From Eubacteriales bacterium (GTDB lineage: Bacteria; Bacillota; Clostridia; Oscillospirales; CAG-272), in contig JAZNEM010000113.1 of assembly GCA_045588595.1 (NCBI GenBank), positions 1-45,858 of the forward strand: a stretch of 45,858 bases of DNA. The letters run 5' to 3'. The notes beneath the pieces were generated by a model, which did not search any database, was not told where the DNA came from, and was given only the letters and a program-made list of their open reading frames with translations. Of this stretch, positions 1 through 9,422 are shown one piece after another. The translations under genes and the position numbers were made by a program. Within the stretch, counting starts at the first letter, position 1; each line of letters begins with the position of its first letter.

Positions 1-531
<531 letters not shown>

Positions 532-574
532 TTACTCCTTTTAATTGTTTTTTATGTTTTATTTTTTTAAATTT

Positions 575-1069
575 TTACTTTGACAAAAGCGTGGTAGTTC
601 CGCGCTCAAGCGCTACGATACCCGTACGGCACATTTCAAGAACTCCATAAGGGATCATAAGCTTTACAAAAGCGTCTATCTTCGAGGGGTCGCCCGTTAT
701 CTCGATGCACATCTCGTCCATCGAATAATCTATTACCTTCGCGCGATAAACTTCAACAGCCGAAAGCACGTCGCCGCGTGTTTCCGAGGTGTTGCGTACC
801 TTTATTAGCATAAGCTCGCGTTTTATGGAATCGTCCTCAAGGACTTCGACCTTTTTTACGTTGTAGAGCTTACGCAATTGATTGATAAGCTGTTCTCTTG
901 CGTATCCGTCTCCGGACATTGAGATTGTGATACGCGAGTATTCGGGAGATTCGGTCTCTCCAACCGTCAAGGCATCTATATTGAAGCCGCGGCGGGTAAA
1001 CATACTTGTAACACGGGTCAGAACGCCGAATTTGTTTTCAACGTAGACTGCGATAACGAATTTACTCAT
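575..1069 (-). CDS. ilvN: acetolactate synthase small (regulatory, ACT-domain) subunit
   Basis: 164 aa. N-terminus VENKFGVLTRVTSMFTRRGFNIDALTVGETE is the typical IlvN/IlvH ACT signature. Sits 13 nt downstream of ilvB. Confidence 0.92.
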   Translation of the reverse strand: MSKFVIAVYVENKFGVLTRVTSMFTRRGFNIDALTVGETESPEYSRITISMSGDGYAREQLINQLRKLYNVKKVEVLEDDSIKRELMLIKVRNTSETRGDVLSAVEVYRAKVIDYSMDEMCIEITGDPSKIDAFVKLMIPYGVLEMCRTGIVALERGTTTLLSK

Positions 1070-1082
1070 GACTCAAGTCTCC

Positions 1083-2765
1083 TTATTTCTGAACGTTGAC
1101 GATGATATCATCTATTGAGCCGCCGGGAGGAAGCATGGGAAGAACGAATTCGTCTTTGTCGATCCTCGTGTCTATTATAACGGGACCTCCCAAATTGACA
1201 GCCTTTTTAAAGCATTCTTCGAACTCCTCGGGAGTCGATGCTACGAATCCGTTAGCGCCAAATGCCTCTGCAAGCTTTACGAAATCGGTCTTTCTCTCAA
1301 GAACGGTGTTAGAGTAGCGTCCACCGAAGAAGAGGGTCTGCCACTGACGAACCATTCCGAGAACACCGTTGTTCATAAGAACTATGACGATGGGAAGGTC
1401 GTAGGTAACTGCAGTTGCAAGCTCATTTAAGTTCATACCGAAGCTTCCGTCACCCGTAATAAGAACGGTCGGGTCATTAGTTGCAACGCGCGCTCCGATA
1501 GCCGCACCAAGTCCGAATCCCATAGTTCCAAGACCGCCGCTTGAAACAAAACGTCTCGTGGCATCAAACTCTGCATATTGAGCAGTCCACATCTGGTGCT
1601 GACCAACATCGGTCGCTATTATTGTGTGCTTCTGCTTATTTGCATTTATGATATCAAATACTTTTCGGGGAGTAAGCTTATCTCCCGCAACTTTTGCCGC
1701 TTCTTTATCAAATTTAAGCTCGTCTGCTTTGTATGCGTTTACGATATCATGCCAATCGGGATTTTTCTTTGCCTCTGCTCCCGTAGCTATTCTAGAGAAC
1801 GCATCGCGAACGTCACCTATTATACCGAGGTCGACCTTAATGTTTTTATTTATCTCTGCAAAATCGGGGTCGAGCTGGATTATCTTTGAGTTCTTTGCAT
1901 ACTTTGCCACGTTACCCGTAGCTCTGTCGCTAAAGCGTACTCCGATACCGATAATGAGGTCAGCATCCTTTTGCGACATTGAGGACGCATAATGACCGTG
2001 CATGCCCTGCATGCCGAGGAATCTTTCGTGTCCGTCGGGAATAGCCGAAAGTCCCATAAAGGTACAACCGATGTATGCGTCTATCTTTTCTGCAAACGCG
2101 AGTATCTCATCACCCATGCCAAGACCTGCCGCGCCTCCGCCGATATATATGTAAGGACGCTTTGATTCGTTTACAAGCTTGATAGCTTCCTCAATATACT
2201 TATCCTTTACACAAGGGAGAGGTGTTTTTTCAACCACAGGCTTTGGTTCGTAGTCATAAAGTCCCATCTGAACGTCCTTTGGAACGTCGATAAGCACAGG
2301 TCCTGGTCTGCCCGATTTAGCTATCTGGAAAGCCTCGCGAATAGAATCCGCAAGGTCTTCTATATTGTTTACGAAATAGTTGTGCTTTGTAATGGGAAGT
2401 GTGATTCCCGTAATGTCTATTTCCTGAAAACTGTCCTTACCGATGAGAGAGCAGGGAACGTTTCCCGTGATAGCTACCATGGGGATAGAGTCGAGCATTG
2501 CGGTCGCGATACCCGTAACGAGATTCGTAGCACCGGGACCCGAGGTCGCGATACAAACTCCGACCTTTCCCGTGGCTCTTGAATAACCGTCAGCCGCGTG
2601 TGCCGCGCCTTGCTCGTGTGCCGTCAAAACGTGGTTTATTTTGTCTCTGTATTTATAAAGGGCATCGTAGACGTTTATTATCTGTCCGCCCGGATAACCG
2701 AAGACGTCGGTAACGCCCTGTTCGATGAGGGTGTTAACGATTATCTCCGCACCTGTCATTTTCAT
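1083..2765 (-). CDS. ilvB: acetolactate synthase large (catalytic) subunit
   Basis: 560 aa ThDP enzyme. N-terminal GYPGG, ThDP-binding GDGSFGMN...NNGVLGMV motif. GGAG SD upstream of the ATG. Confidence 0.93.
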   Translation of the reverse strand: MKMTGAEIIVNTLIEQGVTDVFGYPGGQIINVYDALYKYRDKINHVLTAHEQGAAHAADGYSRATGKVGVCIATSGPGATNLVTGIATAMLDSIPMVAITGNVPCSLIGKDSFQEIDITGITLPITKHNYFVNNIEDLADSIREAFQIAKSGRPGPVLIDVPKDVQMGLYDYEPKPVVEKTPLPCVKDKYIEEAIKLVNESKRPYIYIGGGAAGLGMGDEILAFAEKIDAYIGCTFMGLSAIPDGHERFLGMQGMHGHYASSMSQKDADLIIGIGVRFSDRATGNVAKYAKNSKIIQLDPDFAEINKNIKVDLGIIGDVRDAFSRIATGAEAKKNPDWHDIVNAYKADELKFDKEAAKVAGDKLTPRKVFDIINANKQKHTIIATDVGQHQMWTAQYAEFDATRRFVSSGGLGTMGFGLGAAIGARVATNDPTVLITGDGSFGMNLNELATAVTYDLPIVIVLMNNGVLGMVRQWQTLFFGGRYSNTVLERKTDFVKLAEAFGANGFVASTPEEFEECFKKAVNLGGPVIIDTRIDKDEFVLPMLPPGGSIDDIIVNVQK

Positions 2766-2781
2766 TTGAATATCTCCTTTG

Positions 2782-4458
2782 TTATTTTGTCGTTACGCCG
2801 GTTTTATCTATCATGATATTTACGGCACTGACGAGAGCCTTTACAGACGATACGATAATATCGCTGTCTATTCCGACTCCCCAATAGATATTGTCATCGT
2901 ATTCAATGCTTACGTAAGACGCTGCCTTGGAGGTAGATCTACCCTCAAGCGCGTGCTGAGTGTAGCTTTCAAGCGTGTATTCTATTCCAAGGAGCTCCTT
3001 TAGAGCGTTAGCTACCGAGTCGAGACGTCCGTTACCGAAGGAGGTAAGGGTCTTATCCTCACCGTGATAACGTATTACGCTGTATGCGCGGATACCGTTG
3101 TTTTCATCGGTATAGACTGCGCGTGAGACATCAACATACTTGTTTATGTTCACAAAATCGCGCATGAGAATGTCGTATATTTCAAAAGGCTGAAGCTCGC
3201 GGTGTTCGTGGTCGGAAATGTTCTTGATATGATATCCAAATACCTCGCGCATCTTGGGCGGGAGATTGTGATTGAACTGCGTTTCGAGAATATATCCGAT
3301 ACCGCCCTTACCAGACTGCGAGTTGATACGGATAACGTCTGCCTCGTACTCGCGTCCGATATCGGTGGGGTCAATGGGAAGATAAGGAACGTTCCAAATT
3401 CCGCCTTTTGCCTCTCTCCACTTCATGCCCTTTGCGATAGCGTCTTGATGCGAGCCGCTGAATGCCGCAAAGACGAGCTGTCCGCTATACGGCTGACGCT
3501 GATAAACTCGCATACGTGTTACCTTTTCGTAGACCTCGGTGATTGCGGGAAGATTTGAAAAGTCAAGCTTCGGGTCAATTCCTTGAGAATACATATTAAG
3601 AGCGAGAGTGATTATATCAACGTTACCCGTGCGTTCTCCGTTTCCAAAGAGTGTACCTTCGATTCTGTCACCGCCCGCAAGGAGACCCATCTCACTGTCG
3701 GCAACAGCACAGCCTCTGTCATTGTGGGGGTGCAGGGAAATGATAAGATTTTCGCGGTCGATAAGATTTTTGCACATAAATTCGACCTGTGCCGCGTAAA
3801 CGTGAGGCATCGAATGCGAAACTGTCGCGGGAAGATTTATGATGACTTTGTCATCGGGAGTAGGCTCCCAAATGGAGATGACCTCGTTACACACCTCTGC
3901 AGCGTATTCGGGCTCTGTTCCCGTAAAGCTTTCGGGAGAATACTCAAACGTGATCTTGCCTTCTGCCTCAGCCTTGTATTTTTTGCAAAGCTTTGCGCCG
4001 AAAACGGCTATGTCCTTTATTTCCTGTTTGTCTTTCTTAAAGACCTGCTCGCGCTGCGCGACCGAGGTCGAGTTATAAAGGTGAACTATTGCGTGCTTTG
4101 CGCCCTTTATTGCCTCAAAGGTCTTTGCGATTATATGCTCTCTCGACTGTGTAAGAACCTGAATGGTCACGTCGTCGGGGATAAGGTTTTGCTCTATGAT
4201 AGCGCGGCAAAATTCATATTCTGTTTCGGAAGCGGCGGGGAATCCGACCTCTATCTCCTTGAAACCTATCTTACAAAGGAGCTTGAAAAACTCAAGCTTT
4301 TCCTCAAGGCTCATAGGAACGATAAGCGCCTGATTTCCGTCACGAAGGTCAACACTGCACCATGTGGGAGGATTGTCGATATAATCCTTACGCATCCATT
4401 CCATAGTAATGCCTCTGGGGGCAAAAAATTGTTTTGAATACTTTTCACAGTTTTTCAT
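2782..4458 (-). CDS. leuA: 2-isopropylmalate synthase (long, about 560-aa form)
   Basis: 558 aa. SVDLRDGNQ and HPHNDRGCAVA (HMGL-like TIM barrel metal site) plus a C-terminal LeuA dimerisation/regulatory region. First gene after the T-box leader. Confidence 0.9.
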   Translation of the reverse strand: MKNCEKYSKQFFAPRGITMEWMRKDYIDNPPTWCSVDLRDGNQALIVPMSLEEKLEFFKLLCKIGFKEIEVGFPAASETEYEFCRAIIEQNLIPDDVTIQVLTQSREHIIAKTFEAIKGAKHAIVHLYNSTSVAQREQVFKKDKQEIKDIAVFGAKLCKKYKAEAEGKITFEYSPESFTGTEPEYAAEVCNEVISIWEPTPDDKVIINLPATVSHSMPHVYAAQVEFMCKNLIDRENLIISLHPHNDRGCAVADSEMGLLAGGDRIEGTLFGNGERTGNVDIITLALNMYSQGIDPKLDFSNLPAITEVYEKVTRMRVYQRQPYSGQLVFAAFSGSHQDAIAKGMKWREAKGGIWNVPYLPIDPTDIGREYEADVIRINSQSGKGGIGYILETQFNHNLPPKMREVFGYHIKNISDHEHRELQPFEIYDILMRDFVNINKYVDVSRAVYTDENNGIRAYSVIRYHGEDKTLTSFGNGRLDSVANALKELLGIEYTLESYTQHALEGRSTSKAASYVSIEYDDNIYWGVGIDSDIIVSSVKALVSAVNIMIDKTGVTTK

Positions 4459-4469
4459 TATAAGAAAAT

Positions 4470-4812
4470 CCCTTTCCTTTTTTCATTCGCTGTGTGCGCA
4501 AGAGTGAGGGGCAATTTGTATAAAAAAAGCTCCTTTACGCAACAGCAATAACTTTTGCATAAAAGAGACGAAGACAGTTATTCCCCGCGGTACCACTCTG
4601 CATTGATGATCCTTGATCACCCACTCATGTCCTGTCAGACAACAAGACTTCTCTTTAACGGGAGATGCCGTCCGAGTCTAATCACGATTTTTTGAAAAAC
4701 GCTTTCGGTCGGAAACTCGGGGAGGAGACATATTTTACTCTGCATACTGCCTTACACCAACCGACAGCTCTCTGCGATGCTTCTGCAAAAATGATTTCCC
4801 TTCACAGTCGAT
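4470..4812 (-). promoter_or_regulatory. T-box riboswitch leader controlling leuA-ilvB-ilvN-ilvC
   Basis: Minus-strand RNA carries AGAGAG (rc of 4768-4773) and GGUUGGUGUAAG (rc of 4751-4762), the Stem I AG-bulge/distal-loop signatures. It also carries the T-box core CAGAGUGGUACCGCGGGG (rc of 4583-4600) and a downstream terminator. Confidence 0.85.
4522..4567 (-). terminator. intrinsic terminator of the T-box leader
   Basis: Minus-strand RNA CUCUUUUAUGC-(16 nt loop)-GCGUAAAGGAG forms an 11-bp stem (two G-U pairs) followed by CUUUUUUU. Its 5' arm lies directly 3' of the T-box core, so it can compete with an antiterminator. Confidence 0.75.
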
Positions 4813-4818
4813 ATGAGT

Positions 4819-4847
4819 ATTTTATATTATTTTTCTTTATTTGTCAA
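4819..4847 (-). promoter_or_regulatory. sigma-A type promoter for the T-box/leuA operon
   Basis: Minus strand reads TTGACA (rc of 4842-4847), a 17-nt spacer, then TAAAAT (rc of 4819-4824). Confidence 0.6.
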
Positions 4848-4979
4848 GAGAAAATAATATTTTTTCACAAATTTTTTTAAAAATTTTCATTTAATATAAA
4901 TAATATAAAATATGCGGCTTTCTATATGTGCGTATTGCACAATAAAAAACCGCATGTTTTCATTAGATTATTATATATT

Positions 4980-6041
4980 TCAAAGCTTGAGTATCCAGTT
5001 ATAAGTATCCTCTAACTTGCCCCACTGGATTCCCGTGAGTGTATCGTAAAGCTTTTGCGTTACTTCGCCTATCTTTCCGCCGTTTACGTCGTACTCAACG
5101 TCCTGATAGCAAAGTCTGCCGATAGGAGAAACGACAGCCGCTGTTCCACAGCCCCAAGCTTCCTCAAGCTTGCCCGATTTCATAGCACCTACAAGCTCGT
5201 CGACAGAAAGGAGTCTCTCACTTACGGTGTATCCCATATTTTTGAGGACCTCGATGCAAGACATACGAGTAATACCGGGGAGGATAGAGCCTGTAAGTGC
5301 GGGAGTTACTATCTCTCCGTCTATCTTGAACATAACGTTCATTGCTCCGACTTCTTCGATATACTTTCTTTCAACGCCATCAAGCCAAAGGACCTGCGAG
5401 TAGCCCTTTCTTGCGGCTCTTTCACCCGCACGCGTTGAAGCCGCATAGTTACCGCCGCATTTTGCAAAGCCCGTACCGCCGCGAACCGCGCGTACATCCT
5501 CGGACTCTATCATTATCTTGACGGGGTTGATGCCTTCCGCGTAGTAGCTTCCGCTGGGAGAGGCGATTATCATAAAGGTCGCGTTGTGTACCGCGTGAAC
5601 TCCGAGAGCCTCGTCATTTCCGAACATAAAGGGACGGAGATAGAGTGATGTGCCGAATGAATTTGGGACCCACTTTTCCTCAAGCTTTACGAAAGTGGTG
5701 AGTATTTCGAGAGCATCGTTCTCATCTATCTCGGGCAGACACATACGCTCTGCCGAACGATTCATACGGCGAATGTTTTCCATGGGTCTGAAGAGCTGAA
5801 CGCCGCCGTCTGCGCGTCTGTACGCCTTGAGCCCCTCAAATATCTCCGCACCGTAATGAAGAACGGTAGATGCGGGGTGAATAGAGAAATTACCGAATGG
5901 AACGATGCGGGCATCATGCCAGCCGTTTTCGGTATCGTAATCCATTATGAACATATGGTCGGAAAAAAACTTTCCGAATCCGAGAGATTCCTCGGGAGGC
6001 ATAGTTTTTGGTGAATCTGTTAAAGATATCTTGATATCCAT
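4980..6041 (-). CDS. ilvE: branched-chain amino acid aminotransferase (class IV)
   Basis: Motifs EIFEGLKAYR and VRGGTGFAKCGGNYAAS. The track ORF extends to 6092. The ATG at 6039-6041 (MDIKISL...) has a GAAAGGAAGG SD, so the 17-aa extension is probably not translated. Confidence 0.9.
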   Translation of the reverse strand: MDIKISLTDSPKTMPPEESLGFGKFFSDHMFIMDYDTENGWHDARIVPFGNFSIHPASTVLHYGAEIFEGLKAYRRADGGVQLFRPMENIRRMNRSAERMCLPEIDENDALEILTTFVKLEEKWVPNSFGTSLYLRPFMFGNDEALGVHAVHNATFMIIASPSGSYYAEGINPVKIMIESEDVRAVRGGTGFAKCGGNYAASTRAGERAARKGYSQVLWLDGVERKYIEEVGAMNVMFKIDGEIVTPALTGSILPGITRMSCIEVLKNMGYTVSERLLSVDELVGAMKSGKLEEAWGCGTAAVVSPIGRLCYQDVEYDVNGGKIGEVTQKLYDTLTGIQWGKLEDTYNWILKL

Positions 6042-6111
6042 TATATAAAACCTTCCTTTCGCGCTGTGGTGACGTATTGCGTGCGCAGGCATTATTAAAA
6101 AATATAAAATA

Positions 6112-6140
6112 ATTTTACTACACGTAAAGCGTTAAGTCAA
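6112..6140 (-). promoter_or_regulatory. sigma-A type promoter for ilvE
   Basis: Minus strand reads TTGACT (rc of 6135-6140), a 17-nt spacer, then TAAAAT (rc of 6112-6117). Confidence 0.5.
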
Positions 6141-6214
6141 TAGATTTTTCGCAATTTTTTGTAAACTTATTGAAAATATCGAATTTTATTCATTTAAATA
6201 TGAATTTTATTCAT

Positions 6215-7684
6215 TCAAAAAACAGCTTCATTCAAGAGAGCATGATTGATAATTACAGTTTTTTCATGTGCCGTTGCCGCGCCTATAGGAGCAAAAATGT
6301 TCGTATGTATCGAGCGGTTACCGCTTTGGCTTTCAAGCTCTAAAATAATATCGTCTCGCTCAAGAGAGGGCTTTTGTATGCCATTTGACACCGTAAATAA
6401 AACGGTAGTAACGCTATCTGATATATTCGATATTGCCGAATCCAATATTTCTTTGCCGTTGCGCGTATCGAGAACTATAACGCGGTAATCAAAGCCATCA
6501 CCTAGGTTTATATCGACAACCGAAAGGCTATCATCTGTTTTTAGTGAAATTATCTCGTTTTTGCTTGACAAAATGAAAAGCCCGTTTTCAACGTAGGTAT
6601 ATTCGTTAAGATTCTTTTTATATGCCTCAAGCTCCATGGTGGTCGGAAGGTCAAAGCATACAAGCATAGGCAAATTTTGTTTTATTTCCTTGCACACGTT
6701 TACTATACTTGCAAGGTCGTTTTCGCTTTCTATTTTGTTTGCGAACACCGATTTAAAGTCTATTATAGGAGTTTTTGACTCGATCAACGTATTTTCCCGA
6801 AGCGTAACGCTTTGGGATTTCTCGAATTTTTTCAAGAGAGTATTTGCAGCTTGCGCCAATGCGTTTTGAGAAGACGCGAAAAGCTTTAAGCTATTGCCCT
6901 CGTAAGCTATCTGCGACTCTGTACGAGCCTCTCCGAAGCAGTTACCAACGCATATAAGTCTGCCCGTTTCGTCGGCTTCTTTGTCGGATAGAATCTTTGG
7001 GTATGCACCGCACGTGTCGGCAAGCTTTTCACGCAGAAGATAGGCAAGCTCCATTTCTTTCATTGTGTTTTCGGACGGATAAACAAATGTGTAGTCGGAA
7101 AGAGAATAACCGTTTATGGTCAGATCTTTATGCGGATATTCCGCAAAAAATTCAAATGAGCTTGCCGCAGAGATACCGCTTTCACCGTCAAAATATGGAA
7201 GTACGTCTCTTGTGAAACGCTCTATTGCGAGAATTGATGCCGAGCTGCTCTTGCCGCCTATGACAACGTCCTTTTCAATGGATAGGCAGACGTAATCATC
7301 TCTGTTTAAATGAGAGATAGCTTTGTGCGACGAGGAATACGCAGTATCTCCAATAAGGATAAAGCGAGGATATTGGTATATCGGCAATTGCTCGTCGTCA
7401 AAGTAAACTTGCGCCTTTACGCCGTTTTCTGCACGAAAATTCTCGCACAGTTCTTTTGAGCTTTTTATGAGTTCCGGAGAAGCGTCCTTTGGAATTATGA
7501 AAAAGAAAAAATCGGTCTTGTCCGAAGCCTCTCCGTTCATAGATTCCGAAAGATAGAGCGAATGCTCGTTTGTTTTCGTCGAGGAATCTGCACATGAGGA
7601 AAGGAGCAGACAAAAGCAAAGAAGCAGTATCGGTAACGATCCGATGCTGCTTCTTTCAGATGTTTTTGCTTTATGAAATTTCAT
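6215..7684 (-). CDS. hypothetical lipoprotein (489 aa), no domain recognised by eye
   Basis: N-terminal signal peptide with lipobox LLLSSC|ADSS. AAGGAT SD. Long uninterrupted ORF with its own TTGACA-type promoter upstream. Confidence 0.7.
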   Translation of the reverse strand: MKFHKAKTSERSSIGSLPILLLCFCLLLSSCADSSTKTNEHSLYLSESMNGEASDKTDFFFFIIPKDASPELIKSSKELCENFRAENGVKAQVYFDDEQLPIYQYPRFILIGDTAYSSSHKAISHLNRDDYVCLSIEKDVVIGGKSSSASILAIERFTRDVLPYFDGESGISAASSFEFFAEYPHKDLTINGYSLSDYTFVYPSENTMKEMELAYLLREKLADTCGAYPKILSDKEADETGRLICVGNCFGEARTESQIAYEGNSLKLFASSQNALAQAANTLLKKFEKSQSVTLRENTLIESKTPIIDFKSVFANKIESENDLASIVNVCKEIKQNLPMLVCFDLPTTMELEAYKKNLNEYTYVENGLFILSSKNEIISLKTDDSLSVVDINLGDGFDYRVIVLDTRNGKEILDSAISNISDSVTTVLFTVSNGIQKPSLERDDIILELESQSGNRSIHTNIFAPIGAATAHEKTVIINHALLNEAVF

Positions 7685-7865
7685 ATGAGCATAGTATCCT
7701 TGTTTGTATTTTTATTCAGCATCGTAATTACATAAATTTATTATATAATCAATATCACATGCTTGTCAAGAGCTTTAGCGCAATTTCTGACAAAATTCGA
7801 TAAAAATACAAACAAATTTACTTTTTGCAAACGTTTATTTATATAACTTCTTTATTTGCTTTCTT

Positions 7866-7906
7866 TTGCTTGTTTTTTTCGCGAAAGAAAAGTAAATGCG
7901 TCCCCA
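7866..7906 (+). repeat. partial copy (degenerate H4 hairpin plus terminus) of the mosaic repeat family
   Basis: TTGCTTGTTTTTTTCGCGAAAGAAAAGTAAATGCGTCCCC aligns with the right end of the 17857-18129 copy (TTGCTTACTTTTTCTTTCGCGAAAGAAAAAGTAAGCGCGTCCCC). Ends 6 nt from the stop codon of the Toprim gene. Confidence 0.65.
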
Positions 7907-7911
7907 AAGTA

Positions 7912-8499
7912 TTATCTTCCGACGAGTCGGCAATATTCTTCGTAGGAAATAAGAATTTTAAGGGCGGCGAGCAAAGCATTTGCGGTCATAGCAGGCGGGA
8001 GACCAAGCTTTTTAGCAAGTTCGTCACGGCGCATGGCACTATCGGGGCGTCCTGATAGCCCGTCGGCATAGAAATCGGCTTTCGATAGAGGATTTTGTGC
8101 GGCGGCAAAGACTCGTTCGGAGTCTTCGAAGGGAGAGAGCAGGTCGAAAAGAAGCTCTCGCTCCATTCCTTCAACACCGAGCGTTCCCTCGGCCGAGGGG
8201 GTATCCTTTCGCTTTTCAGTGCCTTTTATTCTCGGAATATAGAGCTGTATCAATCTGTCGTTTGGAATTGCCGAAGTAAGATGCGAGCGAATGACCTTTC
8301 CCGCGCCGTCGCTATCGGTAAGAACGATTATCGGGGTACGTGCGGAGAGCTGACGGATAAGCGAGAGCTTTTCGCTTTTTTTAAATATCCCAAAGCCGTC
8401 GGTCGTGAGGATATTCGCGTTGCAGACCGATAAAAGACGCAGGCGGTCGTATTTGCCTTCAACTATTATCGGATAAGGTATATTGAGCTTTTCTTTCAT
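7912..8499 (-). CDS. Toprim-domain protein, RNase M5 (RnmV)-like
   Basis: 195 aa. IIVEGKYD...IIVLTDSDGAGKVIR matches the Toprim E...DxD arrangement and the size of RNase M5-type proteins. Confidence 0.6.
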   Translation of the reverse strand: MKEKLNIPYPIIVEGKYDRLRLLSVCNANILTTDGFGIFKKSEKLSLIRQLSARTPIIVLTDSDGAGKVIRSHLTSAIPNDRLIQLYIPRIKGTEKRKDTPSAEGTLGVEGMERELLFDLLSPFEDSERVFAAAQNPLSKADFYADGLSGRPDSAMRRDELAKKLGLPPAMTANALLAALKILISYEEYCRLVGR

Positions 8500-8521
8500 A
8501 TATAGCTCCTTTTGTCATTAA

Positions 8522-9412
8522 TTATCTTATCAAGAACCAACCGATGACAAGCACACCGAGGATAATGCGGTAAACTCCGAAAGGAGCAAAGCTGTGCTTT
8601 TTCACAAAATCCATAAGGAATTTTATAGCTACCATAGAAACTATAAAAGCCACAACTGCCGCGCAAAGCAAAATGGCGTATGCCGAAAAGGGAACGGATA
8701 CGTTAGCTTCGCTTACGTAATCGAGAAATCCGTAGGTCTTTAAAAGACTTGCTCCCGCCATTGCGGGAATACCCATAAAAAATGAAAATTCAGCGGCAGC
8801 GGGACGTGAGATACCGATAAGGCGAGAGCCGAGTATCGTAGAGCCCGAGCGTGACGTTCCGGGGATTATCGCAAGAGCCTGAAAGCAGCCGATAATAGCC
8901 GCCTTTGAAAATGATATATCATCGACCGAGGCAACAGCGCTTTCCTTGTTCTTGTACGCGCGTTCGATGATTATAAAGAGTATACCGTAAACTATAAGCG
9001 CAATAGAAACGACCTGCCAGTTGTAGAGCCAACCGTCGATATCTTTTCCGCTTGCCTTTTCTATTATCTTGTCAATAACGATGCCGATAACGGCGGCGGG
9101 AACACTTCCAACGCAGACTTTTGCCCAAAGCACCCAAGTGCCTTTTTTTTCGGATCTGTTCTTTTTGTGTGAGAAAGGATTGAGTTTGCCGAAAAACATA
9201 ACGACAACGGCAAGTATCGCGCCAAGCTGAATGACGACTTCAAACATATCCCAGTATTCTTTCGCAAATTCCTCGCCCAGATGAGAGGCTACGTTAAGCG
9301 AAAGAAATTCGTCAAGGAGTATAAGATGCCCTGTAGAGCTTACGGGAAGCCACTCGGTTATCCCCTCGACTATTCCAAAAAGTATAGCTTTCAGAAATTC
9401 TATTATTAGCAT
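8522..9412 (-). CDS. uppP: undecaprenyl-diphosphate phosphatase
   Basis: 296 aa polytopic membrane protein with the BacA/UppP signature EGITEWLPVSSTGHL and PGTSRSGSTI. Confidence 0.92.
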   Translation of the reverse strand: MLIIEFLKAILFGIVEGITEWLPVSSTGHLILLDEFLSLNVASHLGEEFAKEYWDMFEVVIQLGAILAVVVMFFGKLNPFSHKKNRSEKKGTWVLWAKVCVGSVPAAVIGIVIDKIIEKASGKDIDGWLYNWQVVSIALIVYGILFIIIERAYKNKESAVASVDDISFSKAAIIGCFQALAIIPGTSRSGSTILGSRLIGISRPAAAEFSFFMGIPAMAGASLLKTYGFLDYVSEANVSVPFSAYAILLCAAVVAFIVSMVAIKFLMDFVKKHSFAPFGVYRIILGVLVIGWFLIR

Positions 9413-9422
9413 GATACCTCCG

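Noticed and set aside
3583-4437. 284-aa plus-strand ORF (and smaller ones at 3202-3558 and 3839-4078)
   Set aside because: Antisense to leuA, whose product carries unmistakable isopropylmalate synthase motifs. No independent signals.
5990-6092. N-terminal extensions in the ORF track: ilvE to 6092, rsmA to 23549, hisZ from 25320, hisF from 31636, PTS to 38746, ABC to 21787, hisG from 26494
   Set aside because: In each case an internal ATG is preceded by a good SD and coincides with the start of the conserved protein. The upstream extension overlaps a neighbouring gene or promoter.
6140-6180. Possible CodY box (TATTTTCAATAAGTT on the minus strand) upstream of the ilvE promoter
   Set aside because: Only about 11 of 15 positions match AATTTTCWGAAAATT, in very AT-rich DNA. 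That is not distinguishable from chance without a genome-wide motif model.
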